Source of the DNA: Candidatus Multivorans sp.
GTDB taxonomy: Bacteria; Acidobacteriota; Thermoanaerobaculia; Multivoradales; Multivoraceae
Length of the DNA: 64,000 bases
Direction: 5' to 3'
NCBI GenBank assembly: GCA_965224025.1
Contig: OZ245033.1
Location: forward strand, 2,336,001-2,400,000
A program made the translations under genes and the position numbers. Below the pieces are notes generated by a model. It made no database searches. It saw only the letters and a program-made list of their open reading frames with translations, and had not been told where the DNA came from. Below are positions 56,934 to 64,000 of this stretch, piece by piece; position 1 is the stretch's first letter; every line of letters starts with the position of its first letter.

Positions 56934-57001
56934 GCGCGCGCGGCAGTGCCCCTGGGAACGCGGGCGTCTCGCCCGCACTCCGAGCCGGGAGTCCATCATG
57001 A
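56930..57001 (+). repeat. REP-like copy G (56949-56983) inside a 23 aa mini-ORF bridging hisIE and trpE
   Basis: MSARGSAPGNAGVSPALRAGSPS*, with ATGA overlaps at both ends. Confidence 0.8.
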
Positions 57002-58487
57002 GCCGGCCCGCCGCGGCCATCGCCCATACGCGGGAGTTCCTGGCCGACACCTCGACGCCGCTCGGCGTCTACAGCAAGCTGGCCGCGCATGCGGAGGGCG
57101 ACTCCGGGGCGCGGCGCTTTCTGCTCGAGAGCATCACCGGCGGCGAGCACGTATCGCGCTACAGCTTTCTCGGCGCGAGCCCGTCCCAGGTCTGCCGCGT
57201 GTACATCGACCGGCTCGAGACCCTTGACCTCCGTTCCGGCGGCGGCGTTCAGGTGGAGGCCGGCGATCCACTGCCGAAGCTGCGGCGTCTGCTCGACGGT
57301 GTGACCGCGCATCCGCCGCCGCCGCTGCCGTTCGCGGGGGGTTGGACCTTTGCCTTCGGCTTCGACGCGATCCGGCTCGTCGAGCCGTGCCTGGTCGATC
57401 ACTCGGCCGGCCGGCCACCCGACCCGTTCGGCCTGCCGATCGCGATCCTCGCCCGCTTCGACGACGTGCTCGTGTTCGACCACGCCCGCCAGCGCATCGT
57501 CGCGGTGGCGAACGAGATCGAGGGCGAGTCGACGGCAGCGGAGGCCGAAGTCCGGCTCGATGCGCTGCAGGCGGTTCTCGAGAGCCGCGGTGAGGCGATG
57601 GCGGCGAGGGTCGAGGACCTCGGCGTCAAGGCGGAGACCGCCGACCCCACCCTGAACGACGAGGAGCACAGCCGGGCGGTCAACGCAGCGAAGGAGTACA
57701 TCGCCGCCGGCGACATCTTCCAGGTCGTGCTGGCACGGCGCTGGAAGATCGACCTGGACGTGCCGCCGGCCACCGTCTACCGGGCGTTGCGCCTGGTCAA
57801 CCCGTCGCCGTACATGGTGCTCTTCGAGGCGCCGGAAGTGTCGTTGATCGGTGCTTCACCCGAGATGCTGGTACGGCGCACGGGGAGGCGCCTCGAGGTG
57901 CGGCCGATCGCCGGCACCCGCCCGCGCGGCAGGACCGCGGCGGAGGATCGGGTCCTGGCCGAGGAGTTGATGGCGGACCCGAAGGAGCGCGCGGAGCATG
58001 TGATGCTGGTCGACCTTGGCCGGAACGACCTCGGGCGGGTGGCGTCGCCCGGCGGGGTTTCGGTCGCCGACTTCATGGTGATCGAGCACTACAGCGACGT
58101 GATGCACATCGTCAGCTCGGTCGAGGCGGAGCAGTCCGCCGAGGCCGGAAACGGCGCCGGCTCGGCCCTCGACGCCCTCTTGGCCTGCTTCCCGGCCGGC
58201 ACGCTGTCCGGGGCGCCGAAGATCCGCGCGGTCGAGATCATCGACGAACTCGAGCCGGAGGCGCGGGGCATGTACGGCGGCTCGGTGGGCTACTTCTCGT
58301 TCGGCGGCGACATGGATGCCTGCATCACGATCCGGACGCTGGCGGTCGTGAACGGCGAAGCCTCGATCACCGCCGGCGGCGGCATCGTCGCCGATTCCGA
58401 CCCGGCGCGCGAGGCTCAGGAAACCCGCGACAAGGCCGCGGCGTTGCTGCGGGCGGTGGCGCTGGCGCGTGACCTGGAGGGCCGGGC

Positions 58488-58491
<4 letters not shown>
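56998..58491 (+). CDS. trpE: Anthranilate synthase component I
   Basis: FLLES, GDIFQVV, NPSPYM, KERAEHVMLVDLGRND and PAGTLSGAPK motifs. Confidence 0.96.
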
Positions 58492-59093
<602 letters not shown>

Positions 59094-59219
59094 CTAGGCG
59101 CGACGATGGAACATGCCGGGCTGTACCTGACTGAGGAGCAACGACTCACGCGCGATGCACCGCCGGTCGAATGCCGCGGAGTTTCTCCGCGGACTGCCGG
59201 AACTACTGTGAGGCGACGA

Positions 59220-60260
59220 ATGACTGATCTCGATCTTTCGACCCTGTTGCGAACGGCGATCGCCGGCGAGGACCTCCCCGCCGCGACGGTGGAGGAGCTG
59301 TTCGGCCGCCTGATGGACGGCGAACTCTCCGAGGTGTGGAAGAGCGCGTTCCTGGTCGCGCTGGCGGCCAAGGGCGAGTCGGTGGGCGAGATCGCAGGCG
59401 CCGCCCGGGCGATGCGGGCGCGGGCGGCGCGGGTGCGGCGCACGAGTTCCGGGGTGATCGACACCTGCGGCACTGGCGGCGACGGCCGGGGCACGTTCAA
59501 CATCTCGACCGCGGCCGCGCTGGTGGCGGCGGCGGGCGGCGCGCGGGTGGCCAAGCACGGCAACCGCGCGGTGTCGAGCCGCTCCGGTTCGGCGGACGTG
59601 CTCGACGCTCTCGGCGTGCAGCTCTCCGGCGACACGGCGGCGCTCGGGCGTTGCCTCGACGAGGTCGGCATCGCGTTTCTGTTCGCGCCCATGCTCCACC
59701 CGGCCATGGCCCAGGTGATGCCGGTGCGGCGCGAGCTCGGCGTGCGCACGCTGTTCAACGTGCTGGGGCCGCTGACCAACCCGGCGGGCGCGAAGCGGCA
59801 GTTGATCGGCGTCTTCGCGTCGGAGTTGGTCGAACCGATCGCGCACGTGCTGCTCGAGCTCGGAAGCGAGCACGCCCTGGTCGTTCACGGCGACGGTCTG
59901 GACGAGATCACGACCACCGGGACGACCGCGGTCGCCGAGGTGCGGGGCGGCGAGGTCCGCACGTTCGAAGTTCATCCGCGCGACTTCGGGATCGCCGAGG
60001 CGTCGCCGGACGACCTGGTCGGCGGCGACCCCGAGCGGAACGTGGAGCTGATGCGGGGCGTGCTGGGTGGCGGCGGCGGCGCCCTTGCCGACATCACCTG
60101 CCTCAACGCCGGGGCCGCGCTCTTGGTCGCCGGCAGGGCGGACGACCTCGCCGCGGGTGTTGCCGCCGCATTCGAGGTTCAGCGCTCGGGAGCGGCCGCC
60201 GGCAAGCTCGAACAGCTCGCGGGTTGGTCCGGCTGGGAGCACGGAGGCGGTGGAGACTGA
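59220..60260 (+). CDS. trpD: Anthranilate phosphoribosyltransferase
   Basis: DTCGTGGD..FNIST, KHGNRAVSSRSGSAD and GPLTNP motifs. Confidence 0.96.
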   Translation: MTDLDLSTLLRTAIAGEDLPAATVEELFGRLMDGELSEVWKSAFLVALAAKGESVGEIAGAARAMRARAARVRRTSSGVIDTCGTGGDGRGTFNISTAAALVAAAGGARVAKHGNRAVSSRSGSADVLDALGVQLSGDTAALGRCLDEVGIAFLFAPMLHPAMAQVMPVRRELGVRTLFNVLGPLTNPAGAKRQLIGVFASELVEPIAHVLLELGSEHALVVHGDGLDEITTTGTTAVAEVRGGEVRTFEVHPRDFGIAEASPDDLVGGDPERNVELMRGVLGGGGGALADITCLNAGAALLVAGRADDLAAGVAAAFEVQRSGAAAGKLEQLAGWSGWEHGGGGD

Positions 60261-60261
60261 G

Positions 60262-61230
60262 GTGTCCGAAGTACCCGACATCCTGCGCCGCATCTGCGAA
60301 CAGCGTCGCCAGCGCGTCTCGCCCGCATCTGGCTCCGCCCCTGGGAACCCGGGTGGCGCGATCCGCGCACCCGGCGCGCCGACGGGGCTCGGATCGCGCC
60401 ACCCGCGAACCACTCCGGGCACCCGTCATCGGGCGCCCGGATGGCACCCGGGCATCCTGCCCGCATCCGGCTCTGCCTCGCCAGGCCTCGCCGCCGACGC
60501 TCCCGGCCGCCGTTTCCTCGACGCCATCTCCACCCGTCGCGGCCGTGCCGTGATCGCCGAGATCAAGATGGGCTCGCCCAAGCTCGGCGACCTCCGCGGC
60601 CTCTTCGACCCGGTCGCGCGGGCCGAAACCTACGCGGCGGCCGGCGCCGCCTGCCTGTCGGTGGTGGTCGAGCCGGACCACTTCTACGGCAGCTACGAGC
60701 TGCTCGCGGACTGCGCCGCCGCCTCCGGCCTGCCCGCGGTGGCGAAGGATTTCGTGGTCTCCGACGTGCAGCTCGAATGGGCGCGCGACGCCGGCGCCTC
60801 CGCGGTCCTCCTGCTCGCCGCGCTCTACGATGCCGCGGAGCTGCGGCGACTGGCGGCGCTTGCCCGGGGCTTGAGTCTCGTGCCCCTGATCGAGGCTCAC
60901 GACGACGAGGACTTCGAGAAGCTGCGGCCGAGCGGTCGCGACGGAGACGGGGGCGGCGACCACGAATGGGAACTCGTCGGGATCAACAACCGCGACCTCC
61001 GCACCTTCGAGGTCGACCTGGAACGGAGCGCCGACCGCGTCGGCCGCCTGCCGGCGTCCGCTCTCAAGGTCGCCGAGTCCGGGATTCACAATGCCGCCGA
61101 CGTTGCGAAGCTGCGCAGGGCCGGTTTCGACGCCTTCCTCATCGGCGAACGCCTGGTGCTCTCCGGCGACCCGGCGGCCGCGCTCGCGGAACTGCTGGGC
61201 GAGCCGGCAATCTCCGGAGTGACCCCATGA
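60262..61230 (+). CDS. trpC: Indole-3-glycerol phosphate synthase (with in-frame repeat insertion)
   Basis: DILRRI, IAEIKMGSP, KDF, GINNRDL and VAESGI motifs. The start could instead be GTG 60250. Confidence 0.93.
   Translation: MSEVPDILRRICEQRRQRVSPASGSAPGNPGGAIRAPGAPTGLGSRHPRTTPGTRHRAPGWHPGILPASGSASPGLAADAPGRRFLDAISTRRGRAVIAEIKMGSPKLGDLRGLFDPVARAETYAAAGAACLSVVVEPDHFYGSYELLADCAAASGLPAVAKDFVVSDVQLEWARDAGASAVLLLAALYDAAELRRLAALARGLSLVPLIEAHDDEDFEKLRPSGRDGDGGGDHEWELVGINNRDLRTFEVDLERSADRVGRLPASALKVAESGIHNAADVAKLRRAGFDAFLIGERLVLSGDPAAALAELLGEPAISGVTP
60314..60471 (+). repeat. REP-like element copy H (composite), in frame inside trpC
   Basis: GCGTCTCGCCCGCATCTGG, then CCCCTGGGAACCCGGGTGGCGCGATCCGCGCACCCGG ... 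CGCGAACCACTCCGGGCACCCGTCATCGGGCGCCCGGATGGCACCCGGGCATCCTGCCCGCATCCGG. Confidence 0.9.
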
Positions 61231-61864
61231 AGGTCAAGATCTGCGGCGTCACCACGCCCGCGGACGCCCGGCTCGCCGTCGACCTCGGCGCCGACTTCGT
61301 CGGCCTCAACTTCTACCGTCCCAGCCCACGCTGGATCGCCGTCGACGAGGCCGCCCGCATCCGCCGCGCAGTCGGGGACCAGGCGCAAGCCGTCGGCATC
61401 TTCGTGAACCTCCCGCGCGAGCAGGTCGAGGCGATCGACCGGCAGGTCGGCCTGGACTACCTCCAGTTCAGCGGCGACGAGAGCCCGGAACTTGTTGCCG
61501 AGTTCAGGGACCGCGCGATCCGCGTCCGCCGCCTCGGCGGCGCGGCCGCCGCTCCGGCCCCGATCTCCGAGGAGGACTGCTGGGCGGTCCTGATCGACCG
61601 GGCCCACGACCGCCTCTACGGCGGTTCCGGCGAGAGCTGGAACTACGCGGCGGCGGCCGATCTCGCGCTGGCGCCGGCCGGGGAAAGGGCGCGGCGCGTC
61701 TTCATAGCCGGCGGCATCGGCCCCGGCAATATCGCGGAGGTCGTCGCGGCAGTGCCCGGCGCCTACGCCGTCGACACATGTTCGGGGGTCGAGTCCTCGC
61801 CCGGACACAAGGACCGCGCCAAGCTTGAGCAACTGTTCGCCAACCTCGCCGGGAGACCCGCACG

Positions 61865-61868
<4 letters not shown>
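61227..61868 (+). CDS. trpF: Phosphoribosylanthranilate isomerase
   Basis: [24 protein letters not shown] and [11 protein letters not shown] motifs. Confidence 0.95.
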
Positions 61869-63156
<1,288 letters not shown>

Positions 63157-63160
<4 letters not shown>

Positions 63161-63987
63161 GCCCTCTCCGCAAGCGCTCGTCCCGCAACGGCGCCATCGC
63201 CGCCGCATTCGCCGGCTGCTCCAGGCAGAAGCGAGCCGCCTTCATCCCCTTCCTGGTCGCCGGCGATCCCTCGCTCGACGCCACGCCCGACCTGCTGCGC
63301 GCCCTGGTGGCCGGTGGCGCCGACGTGATCGAACTCGGCGTCGCCTTCAGCGATCCGATCGCCGACGGGCCGACGATCCAGCGTGCCTCGCACCGCGCCC
63401 TCGCCGCCGGCTCGTCGCTCAGCACCGTGCTGGGAATCGTCGAGCGCCACCGGGACGAACTCGGCGTTCCGATCGTCCTCTTCACCTACTACAACCCCGT
63501 CCACGCCCGCGGCGCCCTGACCTTCGCCGCTCAGGCCGCCGACAGCGGCGTCGATGGCGTGTTGTGCGTCGACCTGCCGCCCGACGAGGGCCTGCGCGAA
63601 CTCCAGCCGGCCCTCTCAGAGAGCGGCGTCGACTCGATCTACCTGATCGCCGCCACCAGCACGAAGAAGCGCATCGACCGCGCTTCCGCGGCATCGAACG
63701 GCTTCGTGTACTACACCGCCCGCTCCGACGTCACCGGCGAGCGCGACGACCTGATCCCCACGCTGGCGCGGGAAGTGAAGCGCGTACGCCGGCGGGTGCG
63801 CCTTCCCGTCGCCGTCGGCTTCGGCATCTCGACGCCTACGCAGGTCGAGGAAGTGGCCCAGGTGGCCCACGGCGTCGTCGTCGGCAGTTCCCTGGTGCGT
63901 CTGGTCGAGGAGAACGCAGCCGAGCCGGATCTGGCGGCGCGGCTCGAACGCCGCGTCGGCGAGTTGACGGCTGCCCTGGGCCGCTAA
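63157..63987 (+). CDS. trpA: Tryptophan synthase alpha chain
   Basis: [30 protein letters not shown] and VGFGIS motifs. Confidence 0.97.
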
Positions 63988-64000
63988 CGCCGCTCTCGGC

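Overview
GC-rich bacterial chromosome segment. Gene content and style suggest Acidobacteriota, but this is an inference only. Housekeeping blocks are an M48 protease/TPR cluster, a TRAP transporter, recA/murB, two polysaccharide glycosyltransferases, yceD-rpmF-plsX-fabH-fabD-fabG-acpP-fabF, and a single ~16 kb co-directional aroDE-hisZGDCBHAF(IE)-trpEGDCFBA run. Three accessory patches interrupt them. (i) 8.4-12.3 kb: IS110 and rve-type transposase remnants, a small secreted-peptide operon and a MobA relaxase remnant. (ii) 20.3-22.7 kb: decayed genes and a CTAG-flanked MITE. (iii) 32.3-47.3 kb: a headless siphophage tail module with an inverted MuF-peptidase/gpG block, bracketed by two diverged ~85 bp inverted copies of one motif. 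Four signals stand out. First, a modular multi-hairpin REP-like repeat occurs 9 times: between genes, in frame inside hisZ, hisD, trpC and trpB, and as a translationally coupled mini-ORF between hisIE and trpE. Second, an unannotated 34-codon leader peptide ending VWWAHGHGKG, followed by a hairpin that sequesters the Shine-Dalgarno, lies ahead of the merged aro-his-trp operon (candidate dual Trp/His attenuator). Third, a (CT)6 tract frameshifts the phage tail-tip protein. Fourth, the hisI N-terminus is duplicated with mostly synonymous divergence. All assignments come from reading motifs by eye; no database searches were run.
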